A stretch of 64,000 bases of DNA, taken from contig JAGPFE010000007.1 of NCBI GenBank assembly GCA_018056705.1, positions 11,220 through 75,219 of the forward strand, in the 5' to 3' direction. Under the pieces are notes generated by a model. The model had not been told where the DNA came from. It was given only the letters and a program-made list of their open reading frames with translations, and made no database searches. The position numbers and the translations under genes are program-made. Shown piece by piece: positions 47,903-56,788 of this stretch (the first letter of the stretch is position 1; the number at the start of each line of letters is the position of its first letter). Source of the stretch: Candidatus Hydrogenedentota bacterium (GTDB lineage Bacteria; Hydrogenedentota; Hydrogenedentia; Hydrogenedentales; CAITNO01).

Positions 47903-48165
47903 GGCGCGGCCTTTCGGGTTGGATTCATCCATTGCCGGACCCACGTTTCGAGCCATTCCGAGGTGACCCGGCAGAATCTTTTACCGTCCACGTAGATGAT
48001 GGGGCCGTCCTGGCACATATTCTGGCAGTGGCATCCAGCGAGACGAATACCGGAGTCTCCCAGGAGGTCACCACACAGGGATTCTAGGATGCGCAGGTTT
48101 TCACGGTTTCCGCGTGCCCAGCAGGCGCTTCCCGCGCAGAGAGTGATCTGTTTCGGGTGATTCAT
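47899..48165 (-). CDS. Small thioredoxin-like [2Fe-2S] ferredoxin-domain protein, first gene of the hydrogenase operon
   Basis: 88 aa: ITLCAGSACWARG...LAGCHCQNMCQDGPIIYVDG. Confidence 0.7.
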   Translation of the reverse strand: MNHPKQITLCAGSACWARGNRENLRILESLCGDLLGDSGIRLAGCHCQNMCQDGPIIYVDGKRFCRVTSEWLETWVRQWMNPTRKAAP

Positions 48166-48186
48166 GACGGCACCTATTAAGGATTT

Positions 48187-48214
48187 ATTTCTCGATAAAA
48201 TTATATCGAGAAAT
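48187..48214. promoter_or_regulatory. 28-bp near-perfect palindrome directly upstream of the hydrogenase operon (candidate operator or 5'-UTR hairpin)
   Basis: ATTTCTCGATA-AAATTA-TATCGAGAAAT: perfect 11-bp arms, and the central AATT is also self-complementary. 22 nt from the start codon at 48165, in an AT-rich gap. Confidence 0.4.
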
Positions 48215-48437
48215 TATTCATTAAATCAAGGCCGCCACGAAAATTTTCCCAAAAAGACGCCCAACACCCTCCTGGTAGATTTTCCCCCTTCTTTCATCGA
48301 CATGACAGCACCTGGTCCGGGTTAAAGCGCCCTTCGCGGGGAGCCCCGCCGTGGCTCAGCCAGGGAATCAACCGCGCCGCGTCCCCAGTGGTACAATATT
48401 GTTAAACAGGTGGTTTAGAGTTTATGGAGGCTATCCA

Positions 48438-48697
48438 ATGTCTGATGATCATCCCCCAGAACAAGCGTTTAGCCATTGGTTTAATCTTCCGGAAAAATGT
48501 CCCTGCTGTGGAAATACTCGTTTCATTAAGCATATATACGGATACGTAGCTATCGATGAGCACATGTTTTTTCAGGGGATTACGTATTTGAAGGCTGTAT
48601 CATAACCAGGGGGCTACCCCGGCCACTGTTGCATTGCGCCAGTTGCGGGTACACGATATATGCCAAACCGGAACAACCGGAACGAGGCTCGCGATAA
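48438..48697 (+). pseudogene. Small double CxxC zinc-ribbon protein split by a frameshift in a T6 run
   Basis: GGAGG plus ATG at 48438 gives MSDDHPPEQAFSHWFNLPEKCPCCGNTRFIKHIYGYVAIDEHMFF, then a stop at 48605. From the T-run at 48567-48572 the -1 frame continues SGDYVFEGCIITRGLPRPLLHCASCGYTIYAKPEQPERGSR and supplies the second Cys pair. Confidence 0.5.
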
Positions 48698-48788
48698 GAC
48701 GGTAAGTACGCTTAATAAGAAGGCATGACCGCGATTAGACCGTCGTTGGGTTAAAGGGCGAAGAAGTACGCGCCTTCAGTCGGTTTTG

Positions 48789-49703
48789 TTACCGGATCAG
48801 TCCCAGTAGAATGGCTATGCAACCAGCCAGCCAGAGGGCCACGGTGAGCATCAGGGGATAATCGCGCAGGAGGGTCCTGCTGGGATCGCCTCCATCCTTT
48901 CCCAGGCGCAGCAGCCAGAGGTACCGTCCAAGACCGTACACCACGAATGGCAGGGTCAGGTACATCTTGTCCGTTCCCACCCGGCTGACCACTTCCTGGG
49001 AACAGGTATAGATGGTGTAACAGACCATGGCCGCCCCGGCGACCAGCAGGATCATGGCATCCAGGAAGTCCACGGTATAGTCGTCATACACCGCGCGATG
49101 CTCTTTCGCGTCGGCGTCTAGGATGGCCAGTTCGTGCCGGCGCTTTCCCAGGGCCAGGAACAGGGCCAGAAAGAGCGTGCAGACCACCAGCCAGTTGGAG
49201 AAACGCACGTCAATGGCCACCGCTCCACCCGTGGCGCGCAGGACGAACCCCATGGCCACGCTCAGGACGTCGATCAGCAGCAGATGTTTCAGACCCAGGG
49301 AATAGGCGGCCATGAGGGTGACGTATCCGCCCGCTACCAGGGCGAACCGGCCACCCAGCAGCACCGCTCCCGTCATGCCGGATGCCAGCAGCAGGCCGCA
49401 CAGCACGATGGCCAGGGGAACGGATACGGCCCCGGATGCCAGGGGACGGTTACGCTTATCGGGGTGTAACCGGTCCAGTTCCCGGTCCCGCAGGTCGTTG
49501 AACACGTATACGGCGCACGACAGCACGCAGAAAACACCTGCCGCGGCCAGCGCGCGGACAACGGATTCCGGGTTGCCCATTTCCTGGGCGAACACGAGGG
49601 GCAACAGAACCACGCCGTTTTTGGTCCACTGGTAGGGCCGCAACAGCCGGATGAGCGCGTTCGCCCCGCCAGAAATGGCAGGTGTATCCGGGTGGCTGTT
49701 CAT
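48789..49703 (-). CDS. UbiA-family prenyltransferase, decaprenyl-phosphate phosphoribosyltransferase-like (DPPR synthase)
   Basis: Real part of track ORF 48789..50228, starting MNSHPDT in an ATGA overlap. LLRPYQWTKNGVVLLPLVFA, NDLRDRELD, multiple TM helices. Synteny with DprE1 and DprE2. Confidence 0.85.
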   Translation of the reverse strand: MNSHPDTPAISGGANALIRLLRPYQWTKNGVVLLPLVFAQEMGNPESVVRALAAAGVFCVLSCAVYVFNDLRDRELDRLHPDKRNRPLASGAVSVPLAIVLCGLLLASGMTGAVLLGGRFALVAGGYVTLMAAYSLGLKHLLLIDVLSVAMGFVLRATGGAVAIDVRFSNWLVVCTLFLALFLALGKRRHELAILDADAKEHRAVYDDYTVDFLDAMILLVAGAAMVCYTIYTCSQEVVSRVGTDKMYLTLPFVVYGLGRYLWLLRLGKDGGDPSRTLLRDYPLMLTVALWLAGCIAILLGLIR

Positions 49704-50461
49704 ATGTTGGTCCGCACGAACAGGAGTTCCGGAATGACGCGCACGGCCAGCATGATCCAGCGCCACCATCCTGGCACGTAAACCACCCGTCGGCCCGCCA
49801 GAACGGCGTTTACGGCCGGGGCAGCCACCCGTTCCGGGTCGGTGACCAGCGGCGCGGGCAACTCCATCCCCGCCACCATTTTCGTGCGGAGGTATCCCGG
49901 CTTGATCGTGGTGACCGTGACCCCCGATCCGTGGAGTCGGTGGCGCAGTCCCTCGAGGTAGACATTCAGACCGGCCTTGGCCGCCGCGTAATGGTAGTTC
50001 GATTTGCGACCACGGTCGCCCGCGACCGATGTGACCACGCCCAGGAAGCCAGCCCGCCGGGCTTCGAACTGGTTCACGAACGGATCCAGCGCGGTAATGA
50101 TTCCGGTGAGGTTGGCGGTCAGGCAGGCCCGGGCCAGGGTGGAGTCGTGGCGGACCTGTTCCGGGTCGGGGAGCAGGCCCACGCAGGATATCACCCCGTC
50201 CGGTAGGCGGCCGAGGATGTCCCGACAACGGTCGGGCAGGCTCGCGTGATCTTCTGGACGTTCCGCGTCGTAACGCAGGACGGGCACGCTGACACCACTT
50301 CGGACCTCCAGATCCCGCGCGATTTGCCGCAGGGCCTCCTCATGGCGACCCGAGAGAAGGGGAAGCCATCCCCGGCGGAGGAATTCCCGGGCCACGCGCA
50401 CGCCAAGGTCCGATGTTCCGCCGAGGATCAGCACGGACGGCATATAGGTTACATCCGCCAT
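49700..50461 (-). CDS. dprE2: SDR-family reductase, DprE2-like (decaprenylphospho-2-keto-ribose reductase)
   Basis: VLILGGTSDLGVRVAREF, YAAAKAGL (YxxxK). GGAGG upstream of the ATG at 50461. Sits between the DprE1-like and UbiA-like genes. Confidence 0.8.
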   Translation of the reverse strand: MADVTYMPSVLILGGTSDLGVRVAREFLRRGWLPLLSGRHEEALRQIARDLEVRSGVSVPVLRYDAERPEDHASLPDRCRDILGRLPDGVISCVGLLPDPEQVRHDSTLARACLTANLTGIITALDPFVNQFEARRAGFLGVVTSVAGDRGRKSNYHYAAAKAGLNVYLEGLRHRLHGSGVTVTTIKPGYLRTKMVAGMELPAPLVTDPERVAAPAVNAVLAGRRVVYVPGWWRWIMLAVRVIPELLFVRTNI

Positions 50462-50488
50462 GATGGTGCCTCCATCCGTTGCATGCCG

Positions 50489-51856
50489 TTATTTTCGATC
50501 ATCCCATCCAAGCCGGTCCGACAGGTCGGAGGCGAGGGTTCGTCCGGGGTCAACCTCCGCGCGGACTGCCAGAAATTCTTCCAGCCGGGGGTACATCGCG
50601 GCAATGGTATCCGGCAGGGCCAGCGCGTCCTTCGCCAGGTACAGCCGGCCTCCCCAGTCCAGCAGCAACCGGTCGCATTCCCGCAGAAAGCGATCCAGTC
50701 CCTCCCGTACCGGGAAATCCAGGGTCAGGGTATAACCCGGCATCGGGTGGGACAGCATGCCGTTTCCCGCCGATCCGAATCGTTTGAGGACGCCCAGGAA
50801 GGACGCGAATCCCGCGGTGTTGCAACGCCGGAGCAGGTCTGCCAGGCCCTGTCCCGAGGCGGGAGGAACGGTCGCCTGGTACTGGACGAAGCCCCGGCGG
50901 CCGTACATGCGGTTCCAGTTGGCGACGCTGTCCAGGGGGAAGAAATAGCGATCCATGTCGAGGAAGACCCGGCCGCGCGCGCCGAATCTCCGCCAGTTCA
51001 GCGCGTTGAACAGCCGGACGGACGTGGGATTCAACAGCCACTCGGGCATGTTTACCGGGACGTTGAGTCGGGCCCTGCGCGGCATTCGCAACGGGTCGGC
51101 ACAGGGACCAGGGGGCAGGGCCGAGGCGGGCAGCCAGTTCCCCCGGGTAAGAACGGTACGCCCCTGTCCACCCTTCCCGATGGCGTCTACCCAGCCGACG
51201 GAAAACCGGTAGCCGGCGTCCGTGGCGTCCATGACCACCAGGGCTGACGCCAGGTCGGGGCACATTTCATATTCCACCTCGAGCCACGCGCTCTCGATCC
51301 GTTCCAGGCGCAGGCGCGCGTTCAGAATAATGCCCGTCAGGCCGACTCCACCCACCGTGGCCTCGAACAGGCGGGGTTCCGAACCGGGACCACACCGGAC
51401 CACGCCCCGCGCCGGCGTGAGCAAGTCAAAATCCACCACGTGGTTGCAGAAGGATCCGTCCACGTGATGGTTCTTGCCGTGCACGTCGTTGGCGATCGCG
51501 CCGCCCACGGTGATGTGGCGGGTTCCGGGCACCACCGGCAGGGTCCATCCCCGGGGCACGAACCACGCGAGAATTTCAGAAAGGGTGACCCCCGCTTCGC
51601 AATCGAGGATGCCGTTTTCGGGATCGAAATCCCGGAAGCCGTTCATGTCCGTCATGTCGAGAATACCGCCACCCGTGCGCTGGGCGGCATCGCCGTAACT
51701 GCGGCCCATGCCCCGGGCCAGTTTCGGCTGGATATCGGCCGCGAGGGCGGCTTGAACCTGTTCCGGGTCACGCGGGTGGCACACGCGCGCGGTAGCGGGA
51801 TGGTACCGTCCCCATCCCGACAGGGTTTCCGTCGTCCATCGCAACGTTCCGCTCAT
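50489..51856 (-). CDS. dprE1: FAD-dependent oxidase, DprE1-like (decaprenylphosphoryl-beta-D-ribose 2'-oxidase)
   Basis: LSGWGRY, ARGMGRSYGDAA, PGTRHITVGGAIANDVHGKNHH, ATVGGVGLTGII, GGRLYLAKD. Collinear over its full length with M. tuberculosis DprE1 as I recall it. Confidence 0.9.
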   Translation of the reverse strand: MSGTLRWTTETLSGWGRYHPATARVCHPRDPEQVQAALAADIQPKLARGMGRSYGDAAQRTGGGILDMTDMNGFRDFDPENGILDCEAGVTLSEILAWFVPRGWTLPVVPGTRHITVGGAIANDVHGKNHHVDGSFCNHVVDFDLLTPARGVVRCGPGSEPRLFEATVGGVGLTGIILNARLRLERIESAWLEVEYEMCPDLASALVVMDATDAGYRFSVGWVDAIGKGGQGRTVLTRGNWLPASALPPGPCADPLRMPRRARLNVPVNMPEWLLNPTSVRLFNALNWRRFGARGRVFLDMDRYFFPLDSVANWNRMYGRRGFVQYQATVPPASGQGLADLLRRCNTAGFASFLGVLKRFGSAGNGMLSHPMPGYTLTLDFPVREGLDRFLRECDRLLLDWGGRLYLAKDALALPDTIAAMYPRLEEFLAVRAEVDPGRTLASDLSDRLGWDDRK

Positions 51857-51900
51857 GTTCTCTCTTCCATGCCTGTGAAACCTGACGCCTTATTAATGTA

Positions 51901-53115
51901 TCACGTTCCGACGTTTGCCCGGGGCCCGGACAGGGCCTCCACCATTCTGGGCAGGAAGGTTTCGATCAGGATCCGGTTACCCTGCTCGTTCAGGTGGCAG
52001 TGATCGGAAAACAGGGTCTCTCCCGGTACGCCATGGGGCTCACGGGCGCAGATGGTGGCTTCCACGTCCGCCAGGGGTACCTGCCATCGCTCGGCCACTT
52101 CGCGGATGATCCGGTTTTCCTGGTCGGAGGACTGGTGCCGGGGAGAGGCTTCCGCCAGGATTTTACGCGCCAGTTCCAGGCCTTCCTGCCATCGACCACT
52201 TTCGTACAAAGGGCGTACCTCCCGCTCGAACCGTTCGCCCTCGGGACCGGGCAGGTTCGGTTGGAACAGGTTGGAAGGCACGGTTCCGATGACCACGGGA
52301 ACACCCGCTTCCCGGCACAGCCGGATGATGGATTCGAGGTTTGCCCGGTACGCGTCCATGCGCCCGGCTATTTCTTCGGGCGTGAACCGGTGAAGCCAGG
52401 CCTTGGAAGCGTCGGGTACCGACAGGGCCAGTTCGCGCCGCCGGCGGTCCGCCTCCAGTTGGCCAATCGCCCTGCGGGCCTGAAAATCCCGGATGAATCG
52501 GTACAGGGCGCTCCGGGACAGGGCGCGCTGCACCCGAACCTGTTCCACGCCGGACAGGTGCAGTTGCTGCAGTTCTTCGAACTCGTTATGGCCCGAGTAG
52601 ATCATAACCAGGTCCAGGTCGTAATGCAGGACTTCCCGCGCCACGAGTACGAGACGGTGGGAACCGTAGGACAGGCCGCCGCAGTTCAATACTTCCAGGT
52701 CGTTGAATCGTCCGTTCAACGCGGGAAGCAGGGTTTCACCCAGCCGCGAAAACTCGTAGTGCAGGTAGTTCACCGAGGATCCGCCCAGGGCGGCCAGCCG
52801 GAGGGTTCCCGGAACCTTGATCCGGCGGAAGCGCTGGTTCTGAAAACTTACCAGTCGATCGGGATTCACGCGCATGTACAGCCGGTCCCCGGGATCGGGC
52901 TCAAACAGGCGAACTGACGCGTCGAACCCCTGGCCAAGGTCGACCCGCATCGGGGGATTCCACATTTCCCAGAGCCGGGCCGCGCCTTCCAGTGCGCCCA
53001 GCAGCATCAGCGTGGCGAAAAGGATCCACACGACGCTGAACAGGATCGATGGAGACGGTCGCGGTGACTGGGCCACCGGGTCAGTAGACATGGGTTGTTC
53101 CCGTGCTTCGCTCAT
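51901..53115 (-). CDS. Membrane-anchored SGNH/GDSL-like hydrolase or acyltransferase, paralog 1
   Basis: TM segment ILFSVVWILFATLMLLGAL. Blocks ALGGSSV, NCGGLSYGS, YSGHNEF and FSDHCHLN. Confidence 0.7.
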   Translation of the reverse strand: MSEAREQPMSTDPVAQSPRPSPSILFSVVWILFATLMLLGALEGAARLWEMWNPPMRVDLGQGFDASVRLFEPDPGDRLYMRVNPDRLVSFQNQRFRRIKVPGTLRLAALGGSSVNYLHYEFSRLGETLLPALNGRFNDLEVLNCGGLSYGSHRLVLVAREVLHYDLDLVMIYSGHNEFEELQQLHLSGVEQVRVQRALSRSALYRFIRDFQARRAIGQLEADRRRRELALSVPDASKAWLHRFTPEEIAGRMDAYRANLESIIRLCREAGVPVVIGTVPSNLFQPNLPGPEGERFEREVRPLYESGRWQEGLELARKILAEASPRHQSSDQENRIIREVAERWQVPLADVEATICAREPHGVPGETLFSDHCHLNEQGNRILIETFLPRMVEALSGPRANVGT

Positions 53116-54356
53116 TTCCTCGGTTCCAGCAGATGATTTTCCCGCAGGAACGATTCGAGTCGCGGCGCGAACAGTTCAGCCAGCAGGGCGTGGCCCTTCG
53201 CGGTGAGATGACCATCGAAACGGAAAAACAGGTCGGGGTCTTCCGAGTGGGCGAGGAACCCCTCGCTTACCGTGAAAAAAGGCAATCCGGCAAGGGCAGC
53301 CGCCTGCCGGGGACCCTCGTCGGCATTGCGCGCGGTCATGAGACCGGGATCCGTTTCAAAGCCCACCCTGGATATGGCCTCCAGGGCATGGCGGTTCACG
53401 TATGGACCGTCAGGAATGGACAGGACGATTACCGTGGCCCCTTCCTGTTCCGCAGCCCGCCGGATCCGGATCAACTGGTCCGCCATGTTCTTGACGCACT
53501 GACGGATCCAGGGATCTTCCAGGTTCATCGGCAGCATGTAAATTCGGGGATTTTTCAGGGCGAGATCGATCATGTAGGGATTGAATTCCCCCCGGAAGAA
53601 GGCTTCGCGGACTTCCGCCGCGATCGTTTCGAATTTCGCCTTTTCCTCCGGGGTCATCTTCTCGTAAAAATCGCGCGCCGTGTTTTCCTGCCACCGGCGA
53701 TTATCCTCCTCGGAGCTGACCTGGGGCGGTGTTTCCTGTTTTCGCGCGTCCCCAAGACGGGCCAACCGGGCATTCCGGATCCATCGCATGGTGTTCGGAA
53801 ACAGGGTCCAGGCCCATTGCCTGATTCGACTGACCGGCGCCAGGGTCACCTCCGGGCCCGCGCCGGCAAGGTCGTTACCTTGCAGAATGCCCACCACCAC
53901 CAGTTTCGGATGAACGATCGGCAATCCTTTTTCGGCTATCTCGGCGTAAAAGGGCGGTCCGCTGCCGGGCTTGCCCATGTTCACGGTGAACACGGGATAG
54001 CCCCGATCAAGCAGGTACTGCTCTGTTTTTCGCAGCCAAGTGTCTTCGGCTTCCACGCCCCAGCCGTACGTGTAAGAATCCCCGATGGCGGCGACGCGGA
54101 AGAGCCTGGGATCCGACGGCAGTTCCCGTTCCCGCAGGCCGATACGGTTGATCCGGGCTGTGTAGGCGAATTCCATGGACCGGAAATGCTGTTCCGCCCC
54201 GGGTGGAAAAATCAGTTCCAGGGTACCCCGTACTTCTGGCGGGATCATCATCCGCCCCAGGACGCGGTCTCCGGCCACGGCCAGCAGGCACACCAGCAAT
54301 GGCGCGCCTGCCAGGGTGAACAGGGTGAACAGCGCGGTTTTCAGTCCGGATCGCAT
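53112..54356 (-). CDS. Membrane-anchored SGNH/GDSL-like hydrolase or acyltransferase, paralog 2
   Basis: MRSGLKTALFTLFTLAGAPLLVCLLAV anchor. Blocks AAIGDSYTYGWG, NMGKPGSG, ILQGNDL and FRFDGHLT. ATG at 54356 preceded by GAGGA; the track GTG at 54401 is the alternative. Confidence 0.75.
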   Translation of the reverse strand: MRSGLKTALFTLFTLAGAPLLVCLLAVAGDRVLGRMMIPPEVRGTLELIFPPGAEQHFRSMEFAYTARINRIGLRERELPSDPRLFRVAAIGDSYTYGWGVEAEDTWLRKTEQYLLDRGYPVFTVNMGKPGSGPPFYAEIAEKGLPIVHPKLVVVGILQGNDLAGAGPEVTLAPVSRIRQWAWTLFPNTMRWIRNARLARLGDARKQETPPQVSSEEDNRRWQENTARDFYEKMTPEEKAKFETIAAEVREAFFRGEFNPYMIDLALKNPRIYMLPMNLEDPWIRQCVKNMADQLIRIRRAAEQEGATVIVLSIPDGPYVNRHALEAISRVGFETDPGLMTARNADEGPRQAAALAGLPFFTVSEGFLAHSEDPDLFFRFDGHLTAKGHALLAELFAPRLESFLRENHLLEPRK

Positions 54357-54460
54357 TGCCGGGGAGTCCTCACGGGTACCGCGCGGAGGGTTCACGTCCA
54401 CGCGGGGATTGCGGTTCCATTATATGTTAGTGTCATAATGACCCGGCAAGGCATCACGTA

Positions 54461-56788
54461 ATGACGGGAAGCAATCGTCTCATGATGACACCAGTCCCGG
54501 CGCAACCGTCTCAGGTCCTCAACCCGCCCGGGTTCGGCAACAGCATAAACTGGCGGTTTATCTTGGTATTTTTCGGAATCCTGCTTGTGGGCCTGGCCGT
54601 CCGGGTCCAGGGATTGGGCCGCGAATCAATATGGTGGGATGAATTTACCAGCGTGATGCACCTGCAGCCGCCTTCGGCCTGGCAGGCGTCCCCGGACTAC
54701 TCCCGGTGGAACCAGCAGGTGATCCGGGAAACGACCCCGTCGCTCATGGCCTTCTGGCGGCAGAACCGGACGCTCGATCCCGCCACCATGCCCCTGTATT
54801 ACACCTTTGAGTACCTCTGGAACCGGTACCTGGACCATGACTGGGCGTCACTTCGGTGGCTGTCGGTTTTCATAGGCATGCTGCTGTTGCCCGCGGCGTT
54901 CGCGCTGGGCGCGGTGTTCTACGGTCGCTGGGCGGGCCTGCTGGTTATGGCATGCGTGGCGCTGTCTCCCATCCATGTCCAATTTTCCCGCGAGATCCGC
55001 ATGTACGGCCTGATGACCCTGCTGGCTGCCCTCTCCATGCTGACATGGGTGTTGCTTGTGCGCACGGGACGGGTTCGATGGTGGCTGGCGAATGGCGCGG
55101 TGGCCCTGTTTCTCCTGTGGACCCATCCGTTCGCGATCCTGGTGCCCTTCACGCAGGGTTTGTGCTGGCTGGTACTGTTCCCCCGGGATTTTAATCGCCT
55201 GTTTCTTTGGGGCTTGTGGATGCTGCTGGCGTTCGTCCCGATCACGGTGTACGTCATGTCGATCCAGTTCTGGCAGCGGGATACCACGGATTCCTGGATG
55301 CGGATTCCCCTGTGGCATGAATTCCTGGGGGACCTTTTCGGAGATGATGCCATTGGCGCGACCTACCAGTTGTACGCCACGTCCGGGTTCTGGGAAAAGA
55401 TACTGCCGGACGATCTGGTGGTGTCCGTGGTCCGCGCGCGGTGGACCATTGCCCGGGTCTGGATGGTTTTCACTGCGGCGGTCGCGATCTGCGTGCCCCT
55501 GCTGAGCGTATGGAAGAAATGGCATTTCCGGCGACAGGCCGGCGGCGACACGGCAGCAGATTCTCCGGCTGCTTTCGGTGATGCCCGACAGGTTCTGGTG
55601 GGATTCGAATTCCGCTGGACCCTGGTGCTCGTGGCGTGGATGCTGCTGCCGCCCCTGGTGCTGCTGGCGGCGTCATGGGTGTGGCGGCCGTGCATCATGC
55701 CCCGGTACACGCTGCACGCCTCGCTGGCCCTGTACGTGCTTCTGGCGGGGTGGATTGCCCTGCTGCCCGGGCGCACGCTTAAAACCATTTTCACGGCGGC
55801 AGTCCTGGGATTTTTCCTGTACCAGCAGACCCTCCTCTGGGGTGGGCCCCAGCATCCCGACTGGCTCAGGGCCCGGCAGACGCTGGCCGAGCACGGCAGA
55901 CCCGACGATGTGCTTCTCGTCCACAACTGGTTGTGGAAACGGGTATTCGCCTGGAACCTGGGTCCCTCCGACCACGTGGTCAGTTACGGCGACCGCTGGG
56001 ATTCCCTGGCGGCCATGGCGGACCTGGTCAGCCGGTTGAATCTGCCTTCCACCGCGGGAGGTGGGCCGCGGATACCATGGGTAATCCTGCAGACCGATTA
56101 TTTCGCCCAGGGGCCGGTTCCGGAACTGGAGGCGGAACTGGCCGCGCGGGGGCTGGCCTGGCAGTACTGGGAGTACCCGGCAATTCAGAATGTTGTCCTC
56201 TACCGGGTTTTTCCAGCCAGCCCGGAAACACGCCCCCTGCGTGAATTCCCACTGCCCCGGCCGGGAGATCCGGCGGAACGGGAACGCTTCGCTAAGGAAG
56301 TTGCCGATCTTTCGCTGGAATTCTGGCGCAACGGGGAGTATGAAACCGCCGCGGCCGTCGCCCGGACCGCCACGGAGATCGATCCGGGTTACGTGACCGC
56401 GTGGTCCTATCTCGGGATGGCCCTTAAAGAAATCAACGCGGTCACGGAAGCGATCGAGGCCTTTCAGCGGTCTACTGCCCTCAATCCGTCCGCCTACCCG
56501 TGGGACCACCTTAACCTTGCCCAGTTGCTGATGGTCCGGGGGGATCATGAAGGGGCCCTTGCGGCCGCGCGGGAAGGGCTCAAGTTGCTGCCGAACGATT
56601 CATGGGGCCATACGGTGCAGGGCATGGCCCTTGAGGGACTGGGGAGGTTCCAGGAAGCGGCCGAAAGTTATCGCCGGGCGATCGAACTGGATCCCGGTGA
56701 CACGAGACCGCGGGATGCCCTCGCGGCCATCCAGGAAAAATTGACCATGCAGGATCCCCTTGGCGCGCCTTCCGGGGGACAGCCATGA
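54461..56788 (+). CDS. GT-C fold glycosyltransferase (PMT_2/GT39/ArnT-like, about 10 or more TM helices) fused to C-terminal TPR repeats
   Basis: First-loop acidic motif GRESIWWDEFTSV. Many hydrophobic helices through about residue 520. C-terminal TPR-like EYETAAAVARTATEIDPGYVTAWSYLGMALKEINAVTEAIEAFQRSTALNP... Confidence 0.85.
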   Translation: MTGSNRLMMTPVPAQPSQVLNPPGFGNSINWRFILVFFGILLVGLAVRVQGLGRESIWWDEFTSVMHLQPPSAWQASPDYSRWNQQVIRETTPSLMAFWRQNRTLDPATMPLYYTFEYLWNRYLDHDWASLRWLSVFIGMLLLPAAFALGAVFYGRWAGLLVMACVALSPIHVQFSREIRMYGLMTLLAALSMLTWVLLVRTGRVRWWLANGAVALFLLWTHPFAILVPFTQGLCWLVLFPRDFNRLFLWGLWMLLAFVPITVYVMSIQFWQRDTTDSWMRIPLWHEFLGDLFGDDAIGATYQLYATSGFWEKILPDDLVVSVVRARWTIARVWMVFTAAVAICVPLLSVWKKWHFRRQAGGDTAADSPAAFGDARQVLVGFEFRWTLVLVAWMLLPPLVLLAASWVWRPCIMPRYTLHASLALYVLLAGWIALLPGRTLKTIFTAAVLGFFLYQQTLLWGGPQHPDWLRARQTLAEHGRPDDVLLVHNWLWKRVFAWNLGPSDHVVSYGDRWDSLAAMADLVSRLNLPSTAGGGPRIPWVILQTDYFAQGPVPELEAELAARGLAWQYWEYPAIQNVVLYRVFPASPETRPLREFPLPRPGDPAERERFAKEVADLSLEFWRNGEYETAAAVARTATEIDPGYVTAWSYLGMALKEINAVTEAIEAFQRSTALNPSAYPWDHLNLAQLLMVRGDHEGALAAAREGLKLLPNDSWGHTVQGMALEGLGRFQEAAESYRRAIELDPGDTRPRDALAAIQEKLTMQDPLGAPSGGQP

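Noticed and set aside
53103-54461. 452-aa plus-strand ORF covering the same DNA as the SGNH gene 53112..54356. Also 51994..52917, 50246..51247, 43185..44336, 45075..46040 and 55673..56548.
   Set aside because: The opposite strand carries recognisable catalytic blocks (GDSYTYG, DGHL and so on) in each case. These ORFs show none and have antisense-type composition.
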